A DNA stretch of 62,834 bases, counting the filler, from Octopus bimaculoides (lineage: Eukaryota), in assembly GCF_001194135.2 (NCBI RefSeq). It is 5 parts of 5 records of this genome, joined end to end, with 100 filler letters (N's around TTAATTAATTAA, not from the genome) between each part and the next. Parts side by side here need not be neighbours in the genome. Positions count along the whole stretch, not along the records: positions 13,793 to 37,105 come from NC_068985.1; positions 37,206 to 54,259 come from NW_026390614.1; 3 more parts are not named here. One strand, given 5' to 3'. Shown one piece after another: positions 26,975 through 40,083 of this stretch. A program made the translations under genes and the position numbers. The notes under the pieces were generated by a model. That model did no database searches, was not told the DNA's origin, and worked only from the letters and a program-made list of their open reading frames with translations. Each line of letters begins with the position of its first letter. Positions within the stretch are counted from its first letter, which is position 1.

Positions 26975-29484
26975 NNNNNNNNNNNNNNNNNNNNNNNNNN
27001 NNNNNNNNNNNNNNNNNNNNNNNNNNNNNNNNNNNNNNAGAGAGAGAGAGAGTGTGTGTGTGTGTGTGCGTGTGTTTACTTTCTGCTTCTCTTTGCACAA
27101 CAATCTTTCAGTGACAATTTTATAGCAGCTTTAACTTGTGAAGACCAGAGGAATAAAAGATACCTCATTTGAAAACAGGTCAGGGTTGGCAGTAAGAAGG
27201 CCACCATAGAATACAGCTTCAATAAGTGCTATTCAACCCATGCTAGCATGATAAAAGCAGATGGTGTGAAGTTTGATGATGATATATGGTAAGACATTTT
27301 CAAAAATAAAATGGCAGAATTCCGATTATAACTTTTCTTAGGTGGATAAATATTTGAGCAGAGTTATATAAGGACTACAAAAGGTGATGATATGCAGGAA
27401 AAAAAATTGGATTTATTTTCTGGTATAACTTTTATTTGTAACAGTTTGTGAAGAGACTATTTCTGCAAATCTTAAGGCTTTTGTTAACTTCTTGCTCAAA
27501 CATCAAATATTTAAACCAATGTTCAAATCTTTACCTGTCAAGCTCTGTAATACTAACACACCTAGTTCTATGATATAAGCTTCTTGTTTTAAAGTGATCT
27601 AAATTATAGCTTTTCCATCAAAACTTCATGCTCCATACACCAGCTTAATAATGACAAAGTTATTATACTAAATTCTTCATTAGCTTCAAAATTAACTGAG
27701 ACAGAGGAAGGGTATTTCAACTGAAATATGGTAACAAAATGGTTAAAGCCTTTGACTGACTATTGATTGCCAAGTATTAAGGTTTACAGACAACAGAGAA
27801 TGAAAGACAAATAGGGCATAAGACAGAGTTAAATAATTCTAGTTTCAGCACAATGTCAACAATTTTGAGAGGAGGGGCAAGTTAAATTGTATTGATCCCC
27901 ATTTACTGGACCGATACATATTCTATTGACTCCAAAAGAATGAAAGACAAAGTTGACCTCAGTAGGATCTTGTTGAGGTAGTAAATATTCTTCCAGCTCA
28001 CTGCCAAGACAGTACAATAATGGTAGTGAATAGCTGAATGTGGGAGACTTCATGTCAATTAGATTCTAACACAAGCATTGCCTTTAGCTCTTTAATAAAT
28101 CATTTTACACTTCATGTGTCAGTTCTACACAATATTACAATGCCCACACACATAAAAATGTAAATATGTTATAATTGAATTTTTTTTATTGTTATTGTTA
28201 TCCAATGAATTATACTGCTACACTAGTAATTATAGTAAACTTTCTACCTATTTTCCACATGAGGTTGATAAAAGAAGTAGAAGACAGACATAGTGGAAGC
28301 AATTTAGTTGATGATACCCCTCCCTTATCAATTATGGTCTTGTACCAATGTACAAATCCCTCAATTATAGTGAGATAGAAATAAAGAAACAAAATTGTAA
28401 CCTTGTTGCTCTGCCAGGAATTAACAAGTGAGATAAAACTAGAATGGATAGAATTTTCCATTCACAGCATAAGAGTTTGTAACAACTAGTTTAAAAATAA
28501 CTTAAGTCCTCTGAAAGATCTTCGCAGAACTATAAATTGTAGCATGTATTGTTTCTTGAAGGATACCCATACCATATAATTAAATATTTAAATGTTTTCA
28601 ATTTGACTTCTGGATAACAAATGCCTTAACTTATAAAAAAAAAAAAAAGAGTTCTCTAGAGGCTAATGTTGACAATAATAGCTATTGTAAAAATTTGAAA
28701 GCTTTTTACTTTACTTTCTGCATTTAAAAATATAGTGCAACTATTCCCTACATAAATGACCTAACAACAATTGATAGTATTAACTAAATTCTTTCAAATG
28801 TAGAAGAAACTAAAAGAAAAATCTCATCATGAAAGAAGCAAACAATTGAAATACAGTATGTGACTGAATAATAAAGCTGAAGCTAGTCAAAAGCAACAGT
28901 TATATCCTAGACCTCATCCAGAAAAAGGTACCTGATTGACTGCTTCAAGTTACTAACATGCACCAGTTTCTGGCCCACATGCACTGGCTTCTCCCTCTAT
29001 ATTTTCACTAGCTACTATAATAGTCTCTGCTCCACTCAAGCATTCTCAACCCACTTGTCTTATTTTGTCTTATCTTCCTTGCTGTATCCAACTTACTGGG
29101 CCCCACACTAATGACCACATCCAGTTCTTCCCAGAACATGTTGGTCCCCTGCAAATTCTGCTCTGCTCTTATTTTTTCTGCTTGTGTTGACTTATTTATG
29201 ATCAAAAAGAACATAAATGGCATCAATCTCACTGCTTTATGAGTGCCTGAGAAAGCCATGGGCATGCCTCTTCCTGCAGATCCAGTAAATAAAAAAAGAA
29301 ACATGATATTTGCATAAGTTGCATATGCACAACGATCTGATTGATTGATTGATTGATGAACAAAATAACTATTTCTATGAGACCCTCTTATAGACTAACT
29401 GGATAAGAAGCAATAACTGCTTTATTATCATAGATAGGGAATTTTGAGGGATATGCTAGGAAGATGGATATAGATAATGGATGT

Positions 29485-30060
29485 AGAATCTCCCAAAAAT
29501 AGACACCAATATCTAAGCCTATTTAGATTACCTGTGAAGAAAACCAAATACTATCGATGTAAGTGATTGTGGAGGTATGTGGCTTAGTGGTTAGGGTGTT
29601 GGACTCATGATTGTAAGATTGTGATTCTGATTCCTGGATCAGGTGAAGTGTGGTGTCCTTGAGCAAAACACTTCATTTCACATTGCTTCAGTCCACTCAG
29701 CTGGCAAGAACAAGTAATCCTGCAATGGACTGGCATCCCATCCAGGTGGTGAATTTATATGCCATGGAAACTAGGAAACTGGCCCTTATGAATCAGAATA
29801 ACTTGAGTAGGTAACGTTGCCTTTTTACTTTACTGTAAGTGATCCCCACAAACTAGGAATCCACAAACACTTTCCATTTTACAAAAATGAAGGACAACTC
29901 AGAATAATGAGACTAAAATATAAGAAATTCACAATCAAGCATGACAAATATGTATTCCCATCATCATCTGCCAAACAGATATCACTATGGTTTTGACACC
30001 TGGGCAGTTTCATTCAATCTAGTGGTGTCAACAGCAGTAATAAATACAAAGGCTGCCTGG
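29485..30060 (+). mobile_element. Ancient LINE relic, copy 2, interrupted by a SINE
   Basis: Aligns to 26585-26900 on both sides of the SINE. Confidence 0.55.
29568..29833 (+). mobile_element. tRNA-derived SINE with 10-bp TSD tgtaagtgat
   Basis: TSD at 29558-29567 and 29834-29843; A-box-like head tggcttagtggttagg. Confidence 0.85.
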
Positions 30061-30199
30061 GAATCCACAAGCTTATTATTTCTACAAGTAACAACATCAA
30101 AGAATACAAATACTGAAAACTTATAGCTACAAAATAGTACTCATGACAAAGAACTTACCTAAAAAAGGACATTTGGACAATACAAACATAGATTACTAG

Positions 30200-30430
30200 A
30201 TACTCTGATTCTCAATCAACATCACATCATGAACATGGAGGCTATGGATATGGAACGCAGAATCAAGAGATTTAGTCTCTTGAATTTCTGTGATGCAAAT
30301 GACCTGACCAGCAACAGTCAGCTGATCATCAACCTCTCAGGTAAATATATAAGCCAGATGCATTTCATACTCAATAAAACATAGGATAGGCAGATGGTCA
30401 AGGATACTAAGTCTTTCCACAGTGATTTTT
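30200..30430 (+). mobile_element. Decayed RTE endonuclease relic
   Basis: HGGYGYGTQNQE...LLNFCDANDL, similar to 42975-43050. Confidence 0.7.
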
Positions 30431-30808
30431 TTTTCTCTTTTACTTACTGGGTCTGGAAGGGGCATTCTCCATAGTCTTTGCAAACCCTCCTGGACCAGTG
30501 ATGTTCAAAGCTAATGAGAAATGTATGTAATAATAGCAGCACTTTTTCTCATTGATGCCAAGAAGAAAAGGCATGGAAATGCTACAGTGAAATGGTTAGT
30601 ACTATGATGGGGAACCAGTGATACCCTCTCTCTAATGAGACATTTATAGTAGTTCTTAGCAAAAAGTAAGCCACTATACCTAGCATTCGGAGAATGCCTC
30701 TAACAGGGTTCAACTGTAGTCTAGAAGTGGCTAAAAAAATTAGATGTAAATCAATGACTTGTAAGACACTATCAGAGAGATGAGAGTCAGAAACAAATTC
30801 AGTGAAGA

Positions 30809-31034
30809 TTAACCCTTTTGATACCAACCAGCTGAAACCAGCTCTGGCTCTGTAGTACAAATGTCTTGTTTTCAAAAGTTCTGAATTAAAATCTTCCACC
30901 AAACCTTGGTCACAATTTATGTTCCTACCACTAGCTTAATGATAACTAAGTTATTTTACTAAATTCTTTTTTATATTTAAAATTAATGGAAAGAAACATA
31001 GAGCATCTCAACATAAATATGGTAACAAAAGGGT
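30809..31034. mobile_element. TTAA/piggyBac-like MITE
   Basis: ttaacccttttgatacc ... ggtaacaaaagggt TIRs; siblings at 36607-36834 and ~27510-27746. Confidence 0.75.
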
Positions 31035-31982
31035 GTCCATCAGAAGTTAGTTATTTGCTCCTTTCAGTTTATTATAGTTATCCAGACCATAATAGAAGAG
31101 TTTCAGACCGACTTACTATGGAAATTTCTGAATGCCAGTAATCTCCAAGTGAATCTATTGGAGAATTGGAGAAGAAATTCCAAATATGGAGGCAAAACCA
31201 AGAATTAATAAGTCTCAAAATAAACCTAGTGAAGACAAATGTTTCAGCAGGAAACAAACTCTATTGCTATCTAGGAAATGGCCAGGTTTGATATATAAAA
31301 AAGAGCAGGTAGGAATGTCATACAATGTATCCAAAATACATGTGTGTACAAAGAGATACAGAGGGATCATTGGAAATTGACATAAAAGGAGGACTTCATA
31401 TGTAGCAGATGTACAGTAGTTAGCAGTAAGAGCACTCATAATCAGAATTCTTTCAAATATTTGGAGGTTACTCTATCAATATTTAATAGATTCTGTTACC
31501 AAGGCGATAGGGTGTTCAGAATGCAAAGTAACCAGAATAAGAGCTGAGTAGAAAAATTCGAAGGACTATTACTGCTGCTGATAGATTCTTTCTTTGATTG
31601 AAGGACAGATTGTATAATGCATAAGTATGAAGTATAATGTTGTATGGCAGCAAAACAGAGGCACAGAATGTGTAATGTCAATATACACAAATGAAAAAGC
31701 ACAAATGAGCTGAAAGAAAAACTAAGTATAAGAGGAATCAGATGTTGAGTGTAAAAGAGAAAACTAAGCTAGTACAGACATGTGATGCATATAGAGGATG
31801 GCAGTTGGGTAATGAAATGCCAAGCAATTCAAGTGGATGGAATTTGTGGGAGAGAAAAACTATGGAGGACATGGAAAGAAGTGGTGAAAGCTTATTTCAA
31901 GAGGATCTCACAAACGGAAATGACAAATGACCACAAGTGGCTAAATGCTGTTCTGGAAAAGACCTATCCAGTCTATGCAAGC

Positions 31983-32016
<34 letters not shown>

Positions 32017-32026
32017 NNNNNNNNNN

Positions 32027-32060
<34 letters not shown>

Positions 32061-33337
32061 ATAGTTTATTTGAAAAAATTGCTACATAAACATTAAGAAA
32101 AAAACAATGATGAAAGCCATCACAGTATAATATAAAGAACAATTTATTCAATATTTTGGCTTCAATAATTCACACTATTCCCATCTTTTCACCATAAGCA
32201 TTTCCCTAGATGACATGCAGTTTAGTATTATTTACAGTCACTCTTTCAATAACAAATTCATAATGCTAAACCAAGAAGGAAAAGCAAAAGCATTGGAGGA
32301 AGCTCTTGGCTCCCCAAGCAATATTGTAATAACAAAGCAATGCAGTGAACTTCATCTGACTTTAAAATGAGCTGATGGTGTCAAGTAAAGGCAATATGGA
32401 GTGGCAACAAGACTATCTAAACTTGAAATCAGAGATTTTACAAGATGTAGTCATCATGACAAGTTTCTGTTACTGAACTGGAAAATCCTTTCCACTCCAC
32501 TTCAAATTAGATACAGTTTAATGCATTTTAACCTTTTCTCCATTCTGCAGCTACCTCTCACTAAGCATAGTTACTTTACCTATGAACACTCAACATCAAC
32601 AAAATTCATCATCTAACAAGTGAAAGTAACATAACCTTTACTACCTTTTTCCGTTCATGTTTTCTTTTTGTTTTTTCCACATGATTTCCTCAGAGAAAAA
32701 GCCATCTCATTTGAGCCTGAACAATTGCTGGATTGTGCATGGTATGCTATACAAGCGTGCTTAACTACTGTACTATTTGAGCATGAAACTTCATGTAGCT
32801 CACATATAATTCCTGCATTCATTAAATGGTACTTTTCTATTCTGGATTGAGTACTTGTTTGCTGATCCTACCAACAAGAGAAGAGTACACTATACATACA
32901 TATATAGTATATATATGTATGCATAGTGTACTGTCAAACCATCAAACTCATGCCAGTATGGAAAGCGGATGTTAAACGATGACGATGATGATACAGTATT
33001 TCCTGTATGTAAGAGCATTCCTCTGAAGTGGCATTGTAGGTCTGCATCCAAATGCTTTTTGGAGACCTACAGCAGAGGATGCACATAGCCACAAAAGTGA
33101 TATGTGCACAAGAGAACAAATGGTAAAAACTGTATCTTGGGTTTATCATATTTTTCATAAATATATACATATATAGATATATCATCATCATTTAGCATCT
33201 ACACCCATTACACTCTCAGAGTGGTTGGCATTAGGAAGGGCATGCAGCCATAGAAACCATGCCAAATCAGGCTGGAATCTGGTGCAGCCCCTCAACTTAC
33301 TGGCCCTGGTCAAACCCATGCCAGCATGGATAATGGA

Positions 33338-34639
33338 TGTCGCAGCCATCTTGCTTCTGACTAGTTGTTGAAGCTTGCCCTATTTTTATAAGGAGTTCAT
33401 GACTCAAATTAGTCTATGTTTTTGAATAGGACCTGATTGGTAGAGAATAGTCACATGACTGGTCTCAGAAATTTTTGTAGGTCCCCGCTGTGTCTCTGTG
33501 TTAGTACCAAACAATCAATGCTTTGAATGCTTCCGTCAAGTGATTAAGTTTAGAATCTTTTATATGTTTCCTGCTACATCTGTGCATTAGTGTCATGTGA
33601 CAGTATATTTTGTGCCTAAAAAGAAGGCCGACATGGTTGAGAGAACATGTTTAGTTACAATCGAGGCACTCTAAATTTAATCTGCCAGGTGAGAGAGGGG
33701 ACAGGAGTCATTTGTAGGTAGTCCAGTGGCTAAAGTTTAGGTTGTTAGCTGTGTAGGTTCCTTATGTTAAGTAGCAGAATGAAGTTTGTGTGTGAATAGT
33801 ACTTGTATATGTACTTTGTTAAAGTTTGTTAAGTCTTGGTTTGTACCATTATATGAAAGTATTTTCTTTGTTTATTCATGTTTCATCTGTGGCATTCACT
33901 GAACATGAGTGAGCAGACCTGGAATTTGGGGGACTTATTCTTTGCACATATGTCTATGTGTCCACTCAGTGGAATCTGTCTAGTACTGCAGTCTCATATT
34001 TGTTGTCGGTGAATAGTAAAAACAAAACAGATTCCAGTGAGTGGACACACAGACATATGTACAAAAGACTTAAGAAACTTTAACAGAGTACATATACAAA
34101 TAACTATTCATGCACAAACCTCATTCTGCCACTTAACATAAGGAACCTACACAGCGAACAACCTAAACTTTACAAATGACTCCTGTCCTCTCTCTCACCT
34201 GGCAGATTAAATTTAGAGTGCCTTGATTGTAACTAAACATGTTCTTTCAACCATATTGGCCTTCATTACAGGCACAAAATATATTGTCACATGACACTAA
34301 TGCATGGACAATGCAGGAAGCATACCAAAGGTTCTAAACTTAATCACTTGTTCATTCTCTACAAACGCTTGACAGAAAACATTCAGAGCACTGATTGTTT
34401 GGTACTGCCACTAGACATGTTCAGTCAACTATGTCATCCTTAACTTATGATGCCAAACATTGTCACTTGAGACTAACACATGGATGTAGTGGAGAACCTA
34501 CAAAAATTTCTAAGACCAATCATGTGACTATCCTTTATCAATCAAGTCCTATTCAAAACATATACTAATCTGAGCCATGAACACCCTATAAAAATAGGGC
34601 AAGCTTCAAACAATAGTCGGAAGCAAGACACCTGCAACA
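33338..34639. repeat. ~1.3-kb foldback (long inverted repeat with TGT...ACA ends)
   Basis: Arms 33338-33979 and 34028-34639 are reverse complements along their length, with reciprocal indels. Confidence 0.9.
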
Positions 34640-35248
34640 TAAACCACATGTTTCTATTTCAACTCTTTGAAAACCAGTGTAAACTCTGAAACCAGTCAAA
34701 TCTTTATATATCAACTATCTACTTGTTATCCTTATGACTGCTATCACTCTTCTCACATCACTATTTGTCTTGGAGCTAAAATCATTGACAACAAATGCAC
34801 TACAGAAAGCTATAATGGTAATATCTTAAGATTTTTTTGGTTCTGCTAATTTTGTAAATTTTCTTTCTGAAATTTTCAAATAGTTTTAAAAATATTCATT
34901 TTGAATAGTTTCCAAAACTTCTAGTGATTATGTTTACAGTAACATAGATACCATCAAAGTAATTGCAATAATGCTTAGTGTAGTAAGTATGAATACCAAA
35001 ATCACTAATTAAACAAATACCAGAACAGTGGCATTATACATAGATGCAGGCAGGCAGGCAGGAACACACACATACACACACACACACAAAATTGCAAAGC
35101 AAAATAATAAACCTGTAATTCTTCTTTTATTTAATGAAATATTTTTAAAATAATTAATGCAATTATGAGCAGAAAATAATTTTAAAAATTCTATAACCAT
35201 GAAATAATATACTTCAGAATTATTTTAAGAAACATAGTGAGTACTTAC

Positions 35249-35332
35249 TAATATTTCCCAGTCATTAACAGACAATGGATCAACAAAGACACTTTCACAG
35301 AACGGAACATATTTCACAGGTTCAAGTATTAT
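35249..35332 (-). CDS. PEX1: PEX1 exon 3: IILEPVKYVPFCESVFVDPLSVNDWEIL
   Basis: taacag| and |gtaagt; 84 nt, phase 0-0; contains the diagnostic (E/D)PLSxxDWEIL motif of the PEX1 N-domain. Confidence 0.93.
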
Positions 35333-35624
35333 CTGTTAATAAAGAAAAGAAGATAAAAATAGTAAAATACGAATAGTTTCAAAGAGATAGAAGTGATACT
35401 GTTATGAACTGCACTAAAGTTTCAAAATGTTTTTATTTATCATAAATTTTGTACTTTGGATCAAAACAAGCAAGACTTCCTCATTAACATAAGTGTGTAT
35501 GCGTGTACACACATTTGTGCATATATCAAGAGATATGTATCAACATATATTGAGAGTCAGAATTTTAAATTTGACAACTTCATTCACAATTTAGCAAAGT
35601 ATCGAGTACTCACTTCTTTGTTGA

Positions 35625-35740
35625 GTATGTATGTGTGTGTACACATATGTATGTATGTGTGTGTACACATATGTAAGTATGTGTGTGTACACATATGTAA
35701 GTATGTGTGTGTACACATATGTAAGTATGTGTGTGTGCAG
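35625..35740. repeat. 24-bp minisatellite (gtatgtgtgtgtacacatatgtaa), about 4.5 copies
   Basis: Directly visible; gives the YVCVHICK repeats in the ORF track. Confidence 0.9.
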
Positions 35741-35991
35741 ATGTATGTTTGTATCATCATTAACATTTAGCATCCACATTCCATAGAGGCATAGGTTTGA
35801 CAGTTTAACAGTGGGCCATGTTGAACTCCAATGTCTACTTTGGCATGGTTTCTACAGATGGATGCCCTTTCAAATGCCAATCACTTTACAGAGTGTAGTG
35901 GGTGCATTTTTGAGTTACCACACTAGTGAAGTCACCAAGTAGCTTGTAAGACCAGACCCATATAAGTGTGTGTGTGTGTGTNNNNNNNNNN

Positions 35992-36034
<43 letters not shown>

Positions 36035-36386
36035 CTCTATTTTAAATTAAAGAAGGAGTTGGTTCTAACAAAGATACAAAGCTCCATTGTTGGAATGTAT
36101 GCATGTATTTATATGCACATATTACTGCTTACATAATAATGAATACACATGTGCATACACACACACACCTTTAAACATATAGTTCGACAAATTAAACACA
36201 GTATTTTTAATAGTTAATTTCGAGAACAATCCTACCTACTTCTTGAGAATGTTTGCTAATTTGTTAACTTGTTTTAAAATTGTATTCATCAAAATATGAA
36301 AGTATTTTACTTAAAACTTAGTTCTATTTTTATTTCTAAGAAAGAAATTAATTTTCAAAAAGTAAATGTATTAAGACTGTACTTAC

Positions 36387-36527
36387 TTCATCCTCTTCTT
36401 TGATACCAAGCTTATTGGCATAGAGTCCATTGATTTGAAACTCCTTATCTTGATTTGTAGGGAGCTTGAAATGGCAACTGAAGAATGCTGTCTGCTCATT
36501 CTGCAGAATGGCCTTGAAAACTTGGAC
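36387..36527 (-). CDS. PEX1: PEX1 exon (probable exon 2): VQVFKAILQNEQTAFFSCHFKLPTNQDKEFQINGLYANKLGIKEEDE
   Basis: tttttag| acceptor and |gtaagt donor; 141 nt, phase 0-0; resembles the PEX1 N-domain segment (AEINRQVGQKLGL in human). Confidence 0.85.
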
Positions 36528-36606
36528 CTAAAAAATATTTAAACATTTAATGTCATGTTTTTAAAGAATACTAGGAAAATATGGAATTAGAAGTTAATGT
36601 GAATCT

Positions 36607-36834
36607 TTAAACCTTTTGATACCAACTTGCTCAAAACTGATCCTGGTTCTATGATACAAATTTCTTGTTTAAAGCGAGCTAAATTAAAATCTTCCTTCAA
36701 AATTTTGTTCATTTCTGTCCTAAACACCATCTTAAAATGACTAAGTTATTTTACTAAATCCTTCATTATTGTAAAAAAAATAACTGAAACAAAAGCAGTG
36801 TACTTCAACAGAAATATGGTAACAGAAGGGTTAA
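36607..36834. mobile_element. TTAA/piggyBac-like MITE
   Basis: TTAA at both ends; TIR accttttgatacc / ggtaacagaaggg. Confidence 0.8.
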
Positions 36835-37036
36835 GCTCCAAACTTAAGAAAAAAACAGACAGTAAATTATCTATACTATAAAGGGTAGATTTTCTCTGTG
36901 TGTGTGTATGTTTAAAATTCATACATTTACACAATTCCAAATTTCTTGGATTAAAGAATTGCAATTAATATATATACATATCATCATCATCATCATCGTA
37001 CACATATTATATATATACATATATACATATATTCAC

Positions 37037-37086
<50 letters not shown>

Positions 37087-37105
37087 ATATACATATACAT
37101 ATATA

Positions 37106-37205
37106 NNNNNNNNNNNNNNNNNNNNNNNNNNNNNNNNNNNNNNNNNNNNTTAATTAATTAANNNNNNNNNNNNNNNNNNNNNNNNNNNNNNNNNNNNNNN
37201 NNNNN
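37106..37205. other. Artificial scaffold spacer
   Basis: 44N-TTAATTAATTAA-44N. Confidence 0.95.
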
Positions 37206-37949
37206 GTACATTTACAGATTTTTATTAACATGTCACATGTTTTATAAATCATATAGAGCGCTCTTCACCTAATCTTGTAGGATTTTCAAATTTTTTATTT
37301 CACCTTGCGATGCCGTCTCTTTATATAGTTTTATTGAGTGTATAGGGGTGGAGAGAAAGATATATAGGATAGTAAGAGAGGGTGAGGAATGGAGGGAAAA
37401 GTGAGAGATAGAGAGAGGGTGGGTGTGTGTGTTTTTGTGTTGGTGTGTGTGTCTGTGTGTGTACGTGTGTATGTACCTGTGTATCTAAAAGGAGTGTCAA
37501 TGGGAAAGAGAAAAGAAGAAAATCATGTTTATAGCTGGTCAGTTCTTTGAATGGTAAGTTTATTCTTGGCCTTTTTTATGCCAGATATAGTACTATACAA
37601 AATACCGAAAGGATCTTCACCTCTTACATCACACATTTCTTCTTACTTCAACCTCAAGATGGTATAATTTCCTGGGAGAGAGATAATTTTTGCGGCTGAA
37701 GATAGCTTTACATTGTAGATTATACACATATTCATCATCATCATTATATTATGTTATATTATATTATGTTATATTATATTATACACATGTAGAGCTTGAA
37801 ACACGTGTACCGCGGAATCCTTTGTAGTTTTGTTGTTATTTTTTTCTTTTGGATTTACAATTTATTCCTTCACCGCAACCACCAGCTGGAATACACAGGT
37901 GCTTACAATTGTCAAGTATTACCTCTAATTTTCAATTTACCTACGTATA

Positions 37950-37986
<37 letters not shown>

Positions 37987-38527
37987 ATATATACAGTATG
38001 GGAGTTTAGTTCACAGGTGATTATATACGCTAGGTAAGTTCTGTAATGAGACGGTAGTTATGGAGCCATTGCAGATTTCTGATGCAGCGGATATATAATT
38101 GTTAAATGAGACGTCAAACATTAAGGCAAGTCAAACATCTCACGTCATATACAATATTATTATAGGAAGAATTTCAAAATCTTACAGCTTTTTCTGGAAT
38201 ATTCCCGAGTATTCCTGGAATATTCCTGGAATATTCAGAGATAAATAGGGGGGAAAATGGTAGGCTATATATTAATAAGATGATAACAGAGGAAGAGAGT
38301 AATAGAAAACGGAGATGGAAAGAGAGAATAAAAAGAAGCATAAAAGTTCATAGTTCAACTTTCCAAAGTTATAGGCACCTAAGGCACCACCCATTGCTAA
38401 ATAGAAACAATATTAAATCTATTTTGAAGATGTAAGTGTATGAACATCAGTTTACATGGCATGTGTATGAGAATATCTGAAAAATCATGTAGAAATTGCC
38501 AGAAAACAAATTTTTAAATGAACAACT

Positions 38528-38910
38528 GAGGCGCAGGAGTGGCTGTGTGGTAAGTAGCTTGCTTACCAACCACATGGTTCTGGGTTCAGTCCCACTGCGT
38601 GGCACCTTAGGCAAGTGTCATCTACTATAGCCGACCAAAGCCTTGTGAGTGGATTTGGTAGATGGAAACTGAAAGAAGCCTGTCGCATATATATATATAT
38701 ATGTTTGTGTGTCTGTGTTTGTCCCCCCAACATCGCTTGACAACTGATGCTGGTGTGTTTACGTAACTTAGCGGTTTGGCAAGAAAGACTGATAGAATAA
38801 GTACTAGGCTTACAAAGAATATTCCTAGGGTCGATTTGCTCGAATAAAGGTGGTGCTTCAGCATGGCCGCAGTCAAATGACTGAAACAAATAAAAGAAAA
38901 AAAGGAAAAG
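38528..38910 (+). mobile_element. Near full-length tRNA-derived SINE (CORE-like)
   Basis: A-box tggctgtgtggt, B-box ggttcagtccc, ggcaccttaggcaagtgtc core and A-rich tail. Confidence 0.88.
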
Positions 38911-39460
38911 AATAGAACTCATTTTTCTTTGCAAACATCATTTATTTTATAAACTATAACTTTGAAAAATGGCTATTTACAACACAATGAAAGTAAATTA
39001 CAACATTTAAAAGTTAATAAAAATGAAGACAAAATATACTGGCCAATATACACTGCAAAACTAAGATATTCATTTACTTGATATTTAGGTCACTTATACA
39101 GCTGTGCCTATTTGTGACAAAGTTCAACTATCATTCATATCTGCACTTAAAAACTGGTAAATAAGGAGTAATGGTATTCATTTTAGGGTTCAATTTTATG
39201 ACTTAAAATTTGGGAGATTTGTTAAAAATAAATATATTTAAAATGTGCAGAGATTGGAAAAACACATTAAATGTGAAAAGATATCATCAATAAAATTGTA
39301 TTTGAAACCACAGATAGGAGTATTACATACTAACCCAGTGAATAAGTAATTTGAATGGAAGACAAAACCATTGTATGCAAAGTTATTCAGCTTATTGTTA
39401 CCAGTGCATTGCTAAAATAGATTACCTTAGAAAATTGAGGTAACCTGTAAATGGGTTATC

Positions 39461-39636
39461 TTAATTTTCAATTTGTGCAGACCCAAGATCTGTGGCAGAT
39501 TCATTGTCAAGAGCTGTCATGTCCAAATTTATTTCTCTTCTCCTTCAGCCACCATTTCTGTCACTGGCAGTCCATTTTCGAGTCACCAACTCAACCTCTG
39601 CTTCTGTTGCATTTTTCATAGTCTTGCGAACAGCCC
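39461..39636 (-). pseudogene. DUF4806-like pseudogene, last exon (AVRKTMKNATEAEVELVTRKWTASDRNGG*RRRE...)
   Basis: atttcag| acceptor, phase 1 matching the previous exon; premature TGA at 39545-39547; resembles the family C-terminal KW...DRxGGR motif (recognised from memory). Confidence 0.75.
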
Positions 39637-40083
39637 CTGAAATTAATTAATTAGGTTACTTAAAAGTAGTTCTTAATGTGAGAATAACAAATGCACTCAC
39701 ATCCATTTACTCATGTACTATTCACAAAAACAACAATCTACTGGCAGAAATTCCATGGATTTGACTAACTCAACAGTTGAAAACAAATACAAACTGAAAG
39801 CTTCACATTCATAAATGTTCACTACTGTTTTATATCAGAACCTACCAAAGCAAGTACAACCACTCCTCCCTCCACACACACAGTCTGGCTAAAACAGCAC
39901 TCAAAGTGAATATTGATATCATCATATGCCCAGCCTAGGGCCATTTTCAGTCCAACGACTGCAAATCAAAATTAAAAAATGCAGCCATTTTCAATACGCT
40001 ATGAGCAAAGGATAAAATATATACTCAAATGTAAAGCAAAATGTAGAATAATAGCCTTTTTGTCAAGCATCAAAAGCAATTAA

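Noticed and set aside
29008-29304. 98-aa minus-strand ORF
   Set aside because: No recognisable motif, no good donor, and not needed for the PEX1 frame.
32645-32869. Exon-like open segment in PEX1 intron 3
   Set aside because: Poor donor (gtagta), a stop before it, and no PEX1 similarity.
37647-37745. Possible PEX1 exon 1 (MMMNMCIIYNVKLSSAAKIISLPGNY...)
   Set aside because: The ATG-containing frame ends in phase 2, but exon 2 needs phase 0; the phase-0 frame has no ATG; and it lies across a spacer. It would need a frameshift, so it is left unresolved.
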